Made by a program: the position numbers and the translations under genes. Positions 14,226 to 30,083 of a stretch of DNA of 64,000 nucleotides are shown piece after piece. Source of the stretch: Ophelia neglecta (taxonomy: Eukaryota); NCBI GenBank assembly GCA_965285935.1, contig OZ260661.1:116312001-116376000 (forward strand), in the 5' to 3' direction. The notes under the pieces were generated by a model. The model did not search any database. It saw only the letters and a program-made list of their open reading frames with translations, and was not told the origin of the DNA. Numbering within the stretch: the first letter of the stretch is position 1; each line of letters starts with the position of its first letter.

Positions 14226-17200
14226 CCCTTTCTTGCTTTGAATTTGACAAAATTGTTAATCAAGAACTGTCCCTGAGATCAGTCCCAATTAACCAAGAAC
14301 CAGAAGCCACAGCCCAAGAATCATCCCAAGCTCTCTTACAATAAATAAAATTGTATCTGAATTAGTACTAAAAGTCTGAATATTGACTTGCTAAGACAAT
14401 TAGTTAACAGTTTTCCATGATGTTAGTCAAGCCACAAAAATAACAAGCCAGTGGTTGGATCATGACATATGCCATATGGGGAGTCAATGATGGGATAATC
14501 TCTCATATATATCTAAGACTATAGATAGATGTGTCTTCAAAGTTAAACACCACAGAAGAATGTAACTGACCAAGTGCATTCTCAAAATATGGTAAAATTT
14601 ACAGTAAACCAGTCTCGCTTTTACTGTGGCTGACCACACAAGTCTTCCATTCACCAGCTGTCAATCAAATAACCCATCCTCTTTAAGTCTTAATAAGAAT
14701 TTGGAATCACATCTTCGTGAATTCATTTGCTACTTCAGGCTTCATATCTTTTAATTCCTTTCATTTGCCTGATGAGCCTAGTGTCAAAATAAAATTGTCC
14801 ATTCCTCATGTTTATCAGCTATTGCAATCAAATTTGGATAACACTTTCAGGGACCATAGTTAATTCTTAAAGGTGGTTTGTTTTTATTTTATTTGGATTT
14901 TTTAATATCAAATTTCAATGTAGCCTATTTACAGGTAGCACATACTGTATTAAGCCGACCAGGCACACCCCACGCCCTTTTTAACTTTTGGTAATTTTAT
15001 GCTTGTGTCGGCAAACACAATCCCTCAATGCTGTATGTGATAACATACTAACTGAACAATTGCAAGAAATCTCTGAAGCCAACACTTATAGTATGGATCA
15101 ATAAGAGATCACACAAACGGCTGTGAGGGGGAAAACTGGTTAGAAATAAAGGCTTAAATCATTCAGAAAATGCTGCAGTAAATAAAGGGAAAGCAACATT
15201 TCTGTTCTAACTAATGCTTTATTAGGATAAAATGCAAATAATGTTCAGGCATCAATAGGTAGAATTCAATACACAATTTCCCGGAGTAATACTGACAAAG
15301 CCTACAAGACCAACGGGGGCAAAAGGGGTATGGGATTGTTCACTAGATTTGACAGTTAAATCTATTTAGTGCGCTGATTACAGGAACCCCTTTCAACTTG
15401 AAGCAATCACATATTGGTCACTGTGCATTAACCTGGCAACTTGCACACTCCTGGACTCAATTAAGAATTTGACCCTTCAAAAAGTTGTCTGTTTTTGCTT
15501 TACTAATACAAGTAAATAAATTGACAATAAGGTGTTCTAAGAAATGCAAGCTCCCAACTAAATAAAACAGATGGCAATAATGCCTGTTGCAAGACCATCC
15601 CTGGCAAATTCAATTAAATCAATAGAAAGGTTAACTGATTCCCACAGATTGTCCTAAATACCCTGAAGTAAGTAGAAATATACTGATTTTAAGACAGCTC
15701 TCCACATCCCCCCCCTCGCCCCCCCCCCCCCTACCATCCCCCCCTAATGCCCATCCTCCAAATCCAGACCCAGTGATAAGGACAATGATATTGGCATGCT
15801 AGACTTTTCTGCATCAGACTTTTCTGTTGCAAACTCATTCGCCACCAGGCATCTAGTCCTTTTTGCTGAATGGTTGAATAAAACATCCTTATTACAAATA
15901 ATTAATTGTGCATCGATCATGAAGTTATACAAATATTGGTAGGTAGCCTGATAGGTAATACATGCCTGGTATATTAAAAGCTTCCACTGGCAAAGTATTA
16001 AATATCTAAATCATATTATTTGAGATCTAAATTGTCTTGATAGAGTCAGGAAGTTAGAATGTTGTTTAGAGGACAGTGGGGCATTGGGATCCACTTGAAG
16101 AAGATTGCAGGAGGAAGTTTGGCTGCAGTGTTCTGGAAGCTTCCATTATCCAGTTAGGGTATATTGGAAGAGCCAGCAGGAGAGATGAGTAAGTGTCTAT
16201 CACAGGCTCCTTTACAGGCTGGCCACACCCCTGTCCATGACAGATTGACTAGGTGTAATGGGCACTGGCAGTCCCACAAGATTACACCCTAATGCACCCG
16301 GCAGTGAATCAGATGCATGTGGCCAGCAGTATCATGGCTACCACTAATGATTCACTCGGACAGGTATCTCCTAACATGAGCAACATACACTCTTCAAGGT
16401 ACATCTCATATCGAGCAGAACATACAGCTCTATAAGACTTGTATATTTATTTTTAATTAACTGTAAACTTATTAAAAATAATTAAACTGTACCATGAGCC
16501 AACAAGACTAAATATTAGCAGTAGAAAGTACAAAGATTTTAACTAAATAATGAAAATATCTTCTCCACTTAGGTGGTAATCATTATTTGGATTATCATTG
16601 TAAGTAGAGGTGATTGATTTGATAGGAAAAAGCATAATAAAAGCTTCATAGAATACAGTAGAATGTCTGACCATTCATTCTAGCTTCTTAGTTCTTCCTT
16701 CAGATTTGTTGTCTTAGTGGTGTCTTTCATCGACAGACTGTTTTCCCTTGTTGTTTCTAAGATACTTGTGGGTATGTGACTGTCAATTACCTGTCCCTCT
16801 ACAATTTACTAGTCCACCGACACCGACGTTTATCTCGGCACTTTTTACTCCGTTTTATTGGTGACAGTCTTTGGCCTCTTGTCCCCGAGGGATTCCACAG
16901 AATTTTTGGCCCAATTGCTCATGAAATAAATCATCAACTGGTCTGGATGCCTGCAGACAAGAGGTAGAAAGAACTAGTTGCCCAGGGTACAAGCATTTAA
17001 TAATGTCATGCAAAGAAGACTGGGGGGTAATAGGTTGAAAGATGATCTATTGGCCATGCCACAGAACAGCCAGAGGGCGGTGAGAGCAAAACAAAGGTAA
17101 ACCAGCCTTCAACTATGTGCGGAGTGCCAGATGTGTACCTGAGGAAATTACTCAACTGTCTCTAACCACTTGTAAACATGTAGACTCATTCAGCTCTGCC

Positions 17201-19959
17201 TTCCCAGGCATTTCAGCATGTAGGGATTACTTAATAAATTTACCACTGAAAATATTTGTGACAAAAATGGAAAGGGGCCATTATTAAGGACACTTGTGTA
17301 CTGCTGCAGACTCAACTGACGAGTCTATTAAAACCACTGCAAGCTAAAGGTACTTTTATCTTATGACCTAGCTTTAAGTTATGGTTTTTTTTATAGCATT
17401 CCAATGCATTTAGTATTTGAATGTAGCATTCACTGATCACAAACAGATGTGACAGGTCTATCCGAGCAATGGACAGGTTAGTGAGGGCTGACATTATAGC
17501 AAGTCAAAGTATTGAAAACCTGTTTAACAGTCCTTGTTAAGATAAGAGGGCTTTTTATGTCATTTTGTTGGAATTGGGGGGCTATAAATCTTATAGATTT
17601 GACAGCCTGCAAAAAAAACTCCCCTATCCAGCTGAGCATACATGTCAATTGAACTGTTTACTTATGGCAATGTTTCCCTAGGCCATTGTCTCCAATATAA
17701 TAATCTGTGATTAAATCTAAAATCATTCCATGTGACCTAAATCAGATGAAAAAGGTGGTTTAATTTTTAGATTTTTGTAATATGCTATTCAATTTAGGTC
17801 TGGTTGCTCATTGGCCATGAATTGTATGACAGAACCTCATTCAGATAAGCCGACAAAGTGCATGAGATAGCTGACATAGATGTCGGGTTGATGTGTCGGT
17901 GACCTGGTGTGCTCTAACGCCCTGCGGCCTCTGCAGGGGTCTTTCAATGCTCACCTTTGTTTCATGCCCTGCTCTCTTGACGAACGATTACCTAAGTATT
18001 TACCTGTATGAGCCCTCAGCCACTAAGGCAATACTGAGTAGATTAACTGCCATTCACTTTGTGGATTTTCTATTACTTATTCAGTATTTTTTTTCGTAAG
18101 GCACTTAATTAACTATCCTGTTCCAGGGAAATATTAGATGGGGGTATTGTTTAAGATGTCTTGATATTATCAGTACCTGTAAGCAGTAATCCAAATGACT
18201 GACAGGGTTCACAAAGTCAGCCAAAATTTTTCCAAACCCTTTTTTCTAGTTCACCATTGAGGCATACCTACAATCATGTAAACAAAAACAGTTGTTATTT
18301 TGCTGTACCCTGTGATGAAATGTTTGACCTGGCTGTGGTTTATGAAATCAAACATGGTAATAATATATGTATATATATAAATCAACTTTAACTTATATAC
18401 GGATATTATTGCAAAGGTCACCTGCATTCGTAAGTCATTTCCCAAACAATGATTGTTGCCTTACAGGGATCTACGGTTGATGCTGAGAGCACATGGCTGC
18501 AGCAAGCAGTCCCTGACGAGACCATAAGGTACCGCTGACACCAACTTGTTATTGCTGCCTGTTTGACTGAACCCATGCCAGTTTATGAAAGCTTGGATTA
18601 GGTTTGGTCTTAGTGTCGGGCCTAGTGACAGTTGCTATGGTGATAAAAGAAAGCAATTGGGCGGTTAATTATCAAGAGGAGAGGACAGACGCTTAGTTAC
18701 TGAACAATTAGTATCAAGGTATGATGAAAGGTAACTAGCCAAAAGAATATCTCTCCTTGACATGGCATCACAGTCTGGCCGCTCAGCAGGTGCTTGTCAT
18801 GCCATCTTGGTATCAGAGTCTCGAGTTTTGATGATTTCTGATCCATATGCAAGACTTCATGCAAGTGGATACAAAATACAAGAGATTATTCACAAGAGAA
18901 ATCAGAGACGGCATGCAATCAAGATGAAAGGTCAATAGCTCATGTCTAATAATCTTGTAGATCCTCTGTCTAGAGTGATAAACATGTACGGTATGTTCAT
19001 AAAATTGTGAACAGACTAGATTAGAGGCTATTGACGAAGAAAACAAATTTGGTTGGTGTGTATACATGTATGTTATTGGACCTCAACAGTGTTTTACATT
19101 TTCCAGGGTTCAAAATGGCCTGAACATGTCTATGACAGGAAAAATACTCAGATGTGTAATATTTTACCTCATACAAAAAAACAAAGATGGCGATTAAAAA
19201 TGGGAGTGGATACCTGGCAGACAAAGTCAAATGATTAGTCAAGAAAGTATAAAGTTATGATCCTAGTGACACAATTAAAGGCTTGCACTATCCCAATTAA
19301 ATCAAGAATATCAAATAATATGTGACTAATGATGGTTAAATTTTCATTAGCGAAGAAGTCAGGCAAATAAATCCTGACATCCAGGTGACTGCCTCTAATA
19401 TGCTTAATGACTGGGCAGTTCTAAAAACATATTGTTCAGTTTGTGTTTGATTGCACTGACATAATCTGTCTGGTGGTGGGATACACACCCACCTTCCCAT
19501 CTCACACCTCACTGAATGTGACAAAATCTCGTAATGCCATTCGGTCATGTTCTGTTGCCCGAGGAATAGCAGAATATACAGGATGAGCTGTCATAGTCGT
19601 GTTCAAGAGTCTGTAAATGAATCTCCTGGTAGAGGGTGAGGATCTAACCTCCTTAACACCTGATTGATTATTAATAATGCTGAATGATTATTATTGATGA
19701 TAGGGTCTGATAGTATCATTTTCAGCTGTCGAGAAGTAGGGCTGATGGTATCAAGAGTAAGGGCAATGATAAAGATCTAAGTTACAAGTCCTTTGTATTT
19801 GAGGGCAGCAGTCAGAGAAATTTTTGTTGATGTACAGTATAATTGAGTTGGAGGTTTGCATGAAGCCATGCTTCAAGGCTGTACAGGATTGATGATAAAA
19901 GGGCATGTCTCAAGTTTTTTCTCTGTGCGAGCATGTCCTTCTACTCAGTATTAACATTA

Positions 19960-21130
19960 GCCTAGGAAGTAAATTCCCTCCCATGGTATGTATAAACTCA
20001 CACTTGTTAATAGTTCATGCGTTGGCTGATATTATGGTAAAGGGTGTTATGTTGATATTTTGCCGTTGACGGCCAAGAATTTTGTTTTCTTCTCATTAAC
20101 CACCGTCCCCGTTTCCTCACAAAATTATGCAAAGAGTTTGACATTTTGCCACATGTAGCCCATTGTGGTTGCAAAGAGTATATTGTCATCCAGTTGTATT
20201 AATATGTGTTGCCATCCTAGGAAACCATCTGATCCTCAGTTTGATTTAATTAGCCAGGTAAGGTCTTTGATAAAGAGGATGAAAAGAAAGCATGAAAAAG
20301 ATGGTCCCCTAGCACTGGGAGAATAGCCGAGCATATTGTAGGACCAAGCACATCGTTTGACATTTTATAAATTGAAGCTATGGCCATCATCATCGCAACC
20401 CTAGATGATTCAGTTGTTTCATAAGGTAATTTTTGTCTGCTCGATCATAAACTGTGGAGAAATTCACACATATTTAAGCCTGTTTCTTGTTTCTCCTAAA
20501 ACAGTTGTCCATTATTCACTGCAGTGCCAGAATATGTTCCATTATGCCCCAGCTGGCTATGCAGTGGCTCTCTTCATCTGGTTTGTACCATTTGCTGGGC
20601 CAATATTGTACAAGATATAGTATTTTACTCCTTATACATCTGTAACTGTCACAGTTGGTCTTGGCACCCTTTTTGAGCACAATAACTAGTCTAGCGTATG
20701 ACCAGCTTGATGGGAAGCAGTTGTAGAAAATCAAATCAAATGTGAGGTAGATTTTCCCTTTGGTTGAACCATCAGGGCGGTATTCCATCTGTGTCACTGT
20801 CTTTGTCTCATTATTCTGTTTCTTGATCACATGTTCGACCTCCTGCTGCCGCTTTAGCTAGTCCAATATACATGTAGGTATGTAAGTGTGAGGGGTTGTT
20901 TCTGATGAACCATATCAAGCAGTTTTTAAAATGGCACTCGAATTGTTCCTCTGTCCGTCCCTGCACATTTTTGTTTTGTGTTTGTAAAAATTTCCAATTG
21001 ATATCATTCACAAGAGTTCTGTTGCCTTTCATATCCAGAATTTTCCACCATTGATATTTATTTTCATGGATGTGATTTGAATTTGAGCCTTTTTTAAATT
21101 TAATTACCTGGCAATCCACACACTGCAATT
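19960..21130 (-). mobile_element. Decayed non-LTR retrotransposon (LINE) reverse transcriptase fragment
   Basis: Minus-strand motifs in order: FPSSWSYARLVIVLKKG...CDSYRCI; MEHILAL; CVNFSTVYDR (xDFSKAYD-like); DGFLGWQHILIQLDDNILFAT (xxDD); VNEKKTKFLAVNG; multiple stops and frameshifts. Confidence 0.85.
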
Positions 21131-24100
21131 TGTGGACACCTTAATCATCCAATCAGGGAGTATAAAGTGCCATTCTGTCATAATATAGGAGCAAGCTGAT
21201 GGGACACAGGCTATAAAAGGGGGTAACAATGCACATAAGGACAACTGTTAGATGACAATCAATTGCTCCATTGCTAATGGCAAGGTTCTGCTGGTGCAAT
21301 GTGCTGCGGAGACTCTTAGTTGACAGGGCAGGTTTAGTACTGCATTTACATCCAGTAAAACATTGACAGTATGTCTGCTCCACAAGGATATTAGGGCATG
21401 CAAAGAGAACCATGACAGACGACCTTGACAGAGTGATTTGTGTTGTCATAACTTGGTCACATTTCTACATCATAACGCACCTATACACTCTGATACAGGT
21501 GCATTATGACATACACACGTCACATATTTATGGCGGCACAAATCGCTCTGTAAGGGTCCTCTGCCAAGGTCCCATTTTCTACTATTGTCTACCAATTCAA
21601 TTATTAGGTTGGCTATTTTAATTTCCTGGTATTTCAAAATTATGAAAGTCATGAACAAGTCAGGAAGACTTTGTTGTGACCTGTTCAATGTTCTAACTAG
21701 GAAGTCATTACCTTTATCATGCAATGGGCATTACCAGCTGACCCTTGTCAGTGTTCTGGTAGCCTGTAGTACTGCGGATGGTAGGCCTATAACTGCCTCA
21801 TTTGTCACTTGAGTAAAGCTTTAGGAATATATATGTGGTTGTGTGGCCATTTGGCGGCTATTCTCGCTGAGCCTGTTGTCCACCGCTCAGAGTTAAGTGG
21901 ACTATAAATCTGTGATTTGTCACCTCCATTCCGTGTTCAGTGGTGGGTCCATATGGACAGTGTCCTCAGCAGAATACCAACCACAACACCAGTCTGCTCC
22001 TCAACAACCCCACAGATATCTCTGACTTCTTCCAATAAAGAAACTAAACAGGCATACAGTACATTATATGATAATTGACAGCATTCAAACTCCCTGCTGT
22101 ATTTTGTGAATGACAGGTTCTTCTTTATCTAAAATGTATTTGTATTTGTGCAACTAAGATGTCATTTCATTAGATATCAAAATTGTACGGATTAATTCCG
22201 AGGGTTAATTTGTTAATTGCTATTTTAGTTTTAAAAAAAGTAATGTTTCCTGCTAATACATGTATGTGGTTTTTAATTGGCTGTCTTGGTTGTTATTTTT
22301 AAGTTTGCATTTTATTAATCTAAACGGAAGGGGACATGACTGGTATATGACTGTTTTGCTGAATTATGAGCTAATATAATATAATAAGTCTGTCAAAATA
22401 TCTCAATATATGTAGTCATTTTTCATTTAAGGTTGACACATTGTCTTATTTTATAATCTGCAGTTGAAGTAATGAAACCACTTATAAGCAAACCTATCCT
22501 TTTTTTATCATAAGTTGTTACCCCCAATGTTCATTTGTCTCTGTGTTTTACAGCACGCCACTTGACCTACATATGGTCAAAGCCCAAAATAACCAGCTTA
22601 TACCTACAATGTGTAGGCCTTACATGTGCGAGCTTTAACTCAGCCAATGGACAAAGGCTTATTCAGCTGTTTTCAATCACCCTCTCTTAACTATGTCTCA
22701 GGCTCCTTAAATTCTTATTGCCTAGAAAATATAATAATATAATACATGTATATAGATATGCAACCTGCACTAAACATGGTGTGTGGAAACCTGGGTGACC
22801 TGCACCAGCATGGTAATTGTCTGAGGCATATAAGCATGTTGACTTGTCAGAGAAGCCGTCAGCGGTGTCCTAATTTACCAGGTAGAGTGTATACTTATGG
22901 TGGAGTAAACCATGCCAGAGTAAAGCTGTGACAATTCAAGCCATGTCCAAGATGGTGTGGAATTTTCTGGCTCAATATAAACATGTCGCTTAAGTTTGAA
23001 TTGGATCTTAAACAAGGGGAACGGTGGCTGAAAATGAAGGAAGCAGGCAATTGGCTGCTAGATTTAGGTCATGACCAACTCTTGTTGCCAATGGACCTTT
23101 TGAATTTAATTTCCATTAAAATAATGCCCAGAGGATTCCCAGACCAATGTTAGTAGTGACCGAAATATGCTGCCCTCAAGGCCTTACAAAAGGCTTCCGT
23201 TGTGACCAGAACTTGCCCTGATTTCGTGAGGTTCACTAGGCCTTACAAGTAACACGTACATGAAGATGAACTACCTAGCGATAATGACTCGCGGTTTTCT
23301 ATGCATTTATATCACATCTGTTTAGCCGGGGCAGGACTATTAGTTTCACTTTCCACTTGAGTTGAGCGTAAACGTGTCTGTAAAGGCAGATGTCACACTT
23401 TGACCTGATATTTCATGTAGTATTGATCACTGTAATCGTGTTCATCAGTTTTTGGTATTGGTCCCCATTGTTGTCAGATAATGACATGGATCCTGATTGG
23501 AGCAATGTCCTGTGATCAGGAGCGAGCACAATCACACTATCAGAGTAAAAGTGCATTTCACTGTTATCCCTGTGCCCTCAGTTAGATAGCTGTCAGCCTC
23601 AAATATCTACCTCCACAGATGACAGCAGATGTGCTTCACAGCATATTTATCATCAGTATGCTAGATTGAATATAATCATATATTAATCATAATACATGAA
23701 ATTGTTATTATGTACCTGTACACATGTACATTTACAGGATTGTATTCAACATTGACCTGATGAAATACTGATAAAACCAGTACATATTAAACAGACATTA
23801 TAAAATATAATGTACATGATAGATCATCGTTACATTATTACCCCCCCTCCCTCCCCGTGTCAAAGGTAAATACGTAATAGCTCAGAAGGCCACTAGTGTG
23901 AACAAATATGCAAAAATTAAAATTAATATGTTGTGAGACACTCAAGGCTCAGGTATATTGGGGAACTAAGGGATACTGTAAGTTTACCTGCTGTTAATGG
24001 GAAATCTAGAGATGACCCAATTTGACATAGGCCTATTGTTTCCATCATCAATGTGAATACTAAATTTTGATATTATTGCTATAGTTTGAAATCATGAAAA

Positions 24101-27100
24101 TTAGAATACAATAAATACCATATTTCAAAGAAAACTAATCACTGAATAACTGGTATATTATTAAATATTTTTTATTACTGCAATATTAGTAAAAATACTG
24201 GATGCTTGCCATCTGTGACTGGATTTTAAGCCGCTTGCTTCTCTTCACCAGGTCAAAGTGAATGCAAAAATGGTGTACATTGTAAATTTACAAAAATGTG
24301 TGTATGCTTCTGACTCTGTCATATGTGCCCATTGACATAATGATTGGATTAGAATAAATCATGAATGTATATATTCTGGTAATCAGTAGCTTGAATACCT
24401 TTAGCTCAACTTGCAGACTGACTGTGACCATGGAAGGGCCCAATCCACTTTAAATAAGAAACGTATGCGGTTTAAAAATCAAGTAAAAAAAGGTCAACAC
24501 TGATATAATGGCATTTCTGAAGAAGAACAGGTTCTGCAAATTATATCTCAGCAACGAGAGAAAAAATGTTTTGAGTTTGGATCTAAGATTTCGATAAATA
24601 ACACTGTAATCAAGGGGCAAGGTTAACCGTTAGCAAGTATTCTGCCATCAGCAAGAATGATTTCAATTACAAGTAATCAGCAGTAAGCGAGATTAGAGCA
24701 TGCTTAGTCAGACATTAAACTGGCTAGCGATTCAAGCTTCATCCGAGGGCTCAGCCCACACTCGTCAATTTATTTTGCTGACTACAGGCTGGTTAGAGCT
24801 CGCAACAAATTGTGGGCAACTATTGAAAACTAAGTTTTTTTAGAGATAAATAAAAGTAGAACAAGCCAATCTCAGTGACAAAATGTGGTGCCTTGTCATA
24901 CGTTTTAAAAGTCACGCTGACAAATACAATTCTGATTGTCTGTCAGAGAGCTCTTTAAGGCCTGCATAAAGGGCGATGGGAAGCTAGTGTACATGTACAT
25001 ACATGTACTCATGAACATTCAGTCCAACAGATAAGGTATTAGCCATGCCAGCTTGAACTCATGAATATATTGAATATCCAGGAGTTGATAAGAATATCAT
25101 GTGTGGAGAAGACCCATTAAGAGTAGCATATTTTACTTTCGCCTTTACAATATTATAATAGGATCAATACATTATGTAACATATAAACACAAGTACACTA
25201 GTCCTAGTACAAAACAATGTGAAAGGGTTAAGTGATAATCTCCAGTCGTGGTTCAGTGATAATCTCCAGTTTCAACTAATAATAATCTCTTTTCAAGACC
25301 AAATTGGGAAACATATTTTCCGATGCCTCTTTTTATTAAGCTAACTCTCTTACAGAGTTTACACATGCGTCTGCCGTAGGCCATGAAGACAAACATCTGT
25401 GTTTGTTGTGCCTCTACAAGGGGAGAAAAACAATTGAATCAATGGAGTGACAGGAGCCGATATTTTGCTTAGTTTTGTAAATCAAAAGAAGTGACAAGCT
25501 GTTTTAATAAGTGACAGAATGAAGCACCTCACCTCTTACAAGTTGTAGCATGTGACAAGCCTTCATAAAAAGTGACAGGGTCTTTTTTGGGAGGACCCTT
25601 GTAGAGGCACTTTGTGATCCCCTAGCTTTGCTGGTATAAAAAGTCCTCCTTAAAAGATAATAAAAAGATGAAAATGATGGGCTGTGCAAAAATTAAAATA
25701 TCTCGCAAATAAGTGGTATAGGTTAAATCTTATTGAAAAGACACTGTAGGACTGTTGATTTCCTGTGGCCACCAGATATAAAAATGAGTGGTATTACATG
25801 TAGGCATTTGTGATATACCAGATTGTTAGTCTCAAAGAGCCCGGAATAGAGTTTATGGCAAATCTCGCATAACTAGCAATATTACATATACAAGAGTGAG
25901 GGGATAGTGTAATTGGTAAACCAAGTTCACATGTCAAGACAATAACTACCGTTAGCAATACTTTTATGGATTTGAAGTTCTTGAAAAATGTTCTGAAGCT
26001 AGGAGGAGTATTTCATTCACTGGAGTAGTATGACATTCAGTGTGCTTGCGTTTAGTGGTTTAGATTACACAACGTGGGTGAGATGGAAATATAAAGGGGT
26101 TTATCAAATGCACTAGACAAATGTGATATAAGAAATATTTGCTTGATGAGGAAACAATATATTGGTCTAAAAGCAAATGATATTTTCCGCTGGCTAACTC
26201 CCACAGGAAATATATCTTGTTTCAGGCCAATATAACTGCATATTGCTTCCTCAGCAAGCCAATATTTGTATTATATTTCAAAAATAAAGGTGCCAATCAT
26301 TTTTATTGGTGCGAAGAAGTTGTCCGGCTTCTGATTTCTGTCCTTCTTTTAGATGTGTACTTGGTAGGTGTTCCCAGTGTGATGGCTACTCAAGTCCTCA
26401 AACTCAGGAACATTGGCCTACTTCAAGGAATTTTATGTTAAATAAGCTGAGAGATACATGTACATGTACAAATATTGCATGTGAGGTAGGTATTTTCTTG
26501 GTACCATATCATATAGCTCACAGGCACTGATTATGGTAACTGCATATACATGTACATACAGTATGTACTTGTGATTGGCTGTTATAAAAAGCTACCATGC
26601 AGAGTGAATCAGGAGGTATATATTTAAATAAATTGCTTTTAAATGGTCAAATCTTTTCATTAGGAGACATTTTCTTTATTCCCTAGTTATGTTATATATA
26701 AATTTTACTCGGTGGTTGATTTATATGATATAATATATGGTATTAAAAACACTTAGGCAATCTAATACACACGTAAGTGACAAATGTTTAAAGGGGTTTC
26801 CAAGTCATTTCTTATAGTACCCTGGTAGCTGATATTCTCTAGAGATAGACCATTGTATATACACATGATGAAACCTGTATGTGTATATATATGTAACACT
26901 TCAAATCAAAATTAAACATTCAGTAACTGTGGTTCATTTGCAATAATTAAATAACATATGTTGAAGTTTCAACAAAGTCCAAGCCTAAGCTGTCTCTATG
27001 TGACTTAACTCCATTGAGTTAAAGTGCCTGTTACAAGCATGGTAACATTCCAAGCACAGTTCCAGCCACTCCCTATCAGATTGACAAAGGCTGAGACTAT

Positions 27101-30014
27101 CAACTTGTGTAATATTTCATGATTTTGATCTGATCTTTGGCTGATTGACCTCACTTGTTTTCATTACTTTGCCATTTTTGTTATCAGACACATTACAGTA
27201 AATGCTACAACTTATTTGTGCACCAACTACTCTGAATGAAAGCTAGCTGTGATACACATACCCCCCATAAATGGTCCTAGACTTGGTTATGGGAATGAGC
27301 AAATGAGGATGCTGCCGAGTTAAGACAAGAGAGCTGGTCCTATGATGCCTTGGCCCCACCTCGCCTGATAAAGATCCATGCTGCCTTGCCATGAAGCGTG
27401 TACACATGAACAGTTTTTATTGAGAATCATGCCAGTCCATTGAGTCTTTTTATTACAATACCCCGAGTAAATTTGTTTTTCATATGAAAATCATTCATGC
27501 CAAGCAAACCAAGCTTTATTCTCCTATAGATTTGTCACTGTCTTTTCTGATCTGCTTTAAACATTGCAAACAGTAGGTAGCTTTAAGTCATAAATATTTC
27601 TTTGTGTTTCTGATGAAAGTTACCTTTGGACTGACAGACATGCCATATATCGCTATGATTATTGGTCCTTACATGCTGATGGATATGGAGAGAGCCATAA
27701 ACACCCAGCTACATGATCATTTATCTTCCATTTAATTGTATGCAAGGAAGGAAAACATGGATAAACTCACAAAATATTAAATAGTTTAACTCTCTGTCTC
27801 AGCAGGCGTTATAATGAGATGTCCTTGGGATAGAAAAGAATTGTTTTAGTATAATATTTGAATCAGACCTGCTGATTTCTTGCAAAAAAACTTACTTGCA
27901 AGGATTTAAAACAGAATGGTGTGATACATTATAATGATATTTTGTTTCTTCTAGAAGAGTTCCTCTTTCTGCCTTATTTTCTGTCTATTAGGGTCAGGGT
28001 AAATTTGGCTAAATTTGTGTGGTGGATAGTTGAATTTCCCTTTTTTCTGTTCTCTTTGGTGTTAACAATTGACTGGCAGAGAATATTGACTCTGACCTAT
28101 AAAATTTAAAAAATAGCAAAAATAAACATGTTCCATTGAGAATTTACAGTGTAATAAGAACTGGCTACTGTGGTGTCAACAGCCTATAAGATCAGTGAAG
28201 GCTACCAGTTTGGTTGACTTATTATTTTATTAAATGTGTTAGCACACATGACAAGGCATATATGATAAAGACACACCCAATATTGCAGGTGTTTGTACTT
28301 AGGCAGTAGCTTAGAATTTGAATTGATTACTAATTAATTTGAAACTAAGGCACCTACACATAGATGTACCTACAGTACCTTCATGTACGTGTATATATAT
28401 TTATATATATACTGACTGTACCAATATACATGTACATTGACCAATATGAGGCTTTAAATGTCATTTTATACAAGATAGAGATGCAAACTCTCAGATAAGT
28501 GAGATTAGCAGGCTAGTTTAATTATGACATAAAACAACAGCCAAGTCGTGCAAGTGGCACCACTATCAAATCTATAATGCTGTACGTGTATGTTACAATG
28601 CTATGACATCATTTTCAGCTGGAGTAATTTGTGTGAAAAGCAGAGTTAAAGGCAACAGCAGGCAGTCTAGGATGCCTGTTTTTCAGCATTTTTCAACAAA
28701 TGTTTTTTCCATGATCTCTTATTTTACCCTTTAAAGAAATGATAATTGTCTCCTCCTCGTTGTATTGACAGCTGGGGATTATTAGATTCAAACAAAAAAG
28801 TGTTCAAAATTTAGCATTGATCTAGTATTCATTTTGAAAAAAACAAACCTTTAGAGTTAGTATACCAAATGTTTTGCATTTTGCTTGTGCCAACTTTTGG
28901 CACTACTAGTAACTCTCGAAGGGTCTCAAAGCATTATCTTTTTATCTGAAACCAGATATCAGAAGGGAATAAAAATACCATGGACTTCATGTGGGACACG
29001 ACAAGCTTCCTTGTCTGAATATAGAACTTCACAAGTTGCTAAAATGAGGCACAAGGTTTAAACTTCTTAAGTGGCATTTTCATCATTAACAGGGGGCGCC
29101 ACACCTCATCACATTATCAATTCATGAGTGACAGTGTGCGTTGTGGCTGTTTTTATTCCTCTCTGTGCTGTGATCTACCTCATGGTGTCTCTCCTCATGG
29201 AGCTAAACTAATTGTAATGTACAGAAACAAAGCAAACCACATTGAAGACACTAAAGCAAAATAATATAAATTAAAAAATACAGGAACAAAAATCAATATT
29301 GAATCACACGAGAAATATAAATTACAATTAGCCAAATGATTAAATAGATTCCAGTCACTGTGTGCTATACGCGAAATGCAGAAATTAGCCATTTTTATCA
29401 CAATTCACTGTCTGGTTGTATATGTTAGAAGTGTTGGGACTTCTCCTTCATGAAGACATAAAGAACTATTTTTAAGCTAAATGCTCTTAGAAACTTGGTA
29501 AACCCTTTTGGGTAATGTTTGCATAAAGCCATTAACTCCATTGGAGGAGCCTACTGGCGGCACCTTATCTGCCCCAATCAACAAAATCAAGCTATAAATC
29601 AAGGTATAAATTTGGCTTGATTAAATTATTCATCGACATTTTCTTAGGTTTCAGTTTCATTAGTATAGTGTTATCTGTTGAGACTACATTGTAACATTTA
29701 GTCAGCAGAACTTTCAAAGAGGTTCATATACAAAATTAAGAAACATTTCCAAAATTTCAAAAAGCAAACTTTTTTTTGCAATTTAGTACACTGTAAAGGC
29801 AGTGGACGTTGCATATTTTGACATGACAGTGCCACCAAGAAGAGCTGCAGCTAAAAATGTGTGAAATGTATTATAGAAATGCATGAATGAGTGTTCATTT
29901 ATACAGCTCAAATCTTATATCTTATGTCTTCATTACTTTTTCACTATGAATAATTGTATCTCAGCTAAACTCTGAAAAATCATTTTTCTCATAATTGATT
30001 TCATTCCTTTATAG

Positions 30015-30083
30015 GAAATGGATTATCTGGATATATCATTAATACGGGACACCAGAACTGGAAAATATGCCAGAGTACCAAAG
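30015..30083 (+). CDS. PLCB: PLC-beta exon, PH domain ([23 protein letters not shown])
   Basis: tttatag|GAA...AAG|gtgggt, 69 nt, phase 0-0; matches the PLC-beta LD...RD.R.G..A..PK motif. Confidence 0.92.

Noticed and set aside
18467-18528. 62-nt AG/GT-bounded segment
   Set aside because: Not frame-preserving and no PLC similarity; could be a UTR exon but is unsupported.
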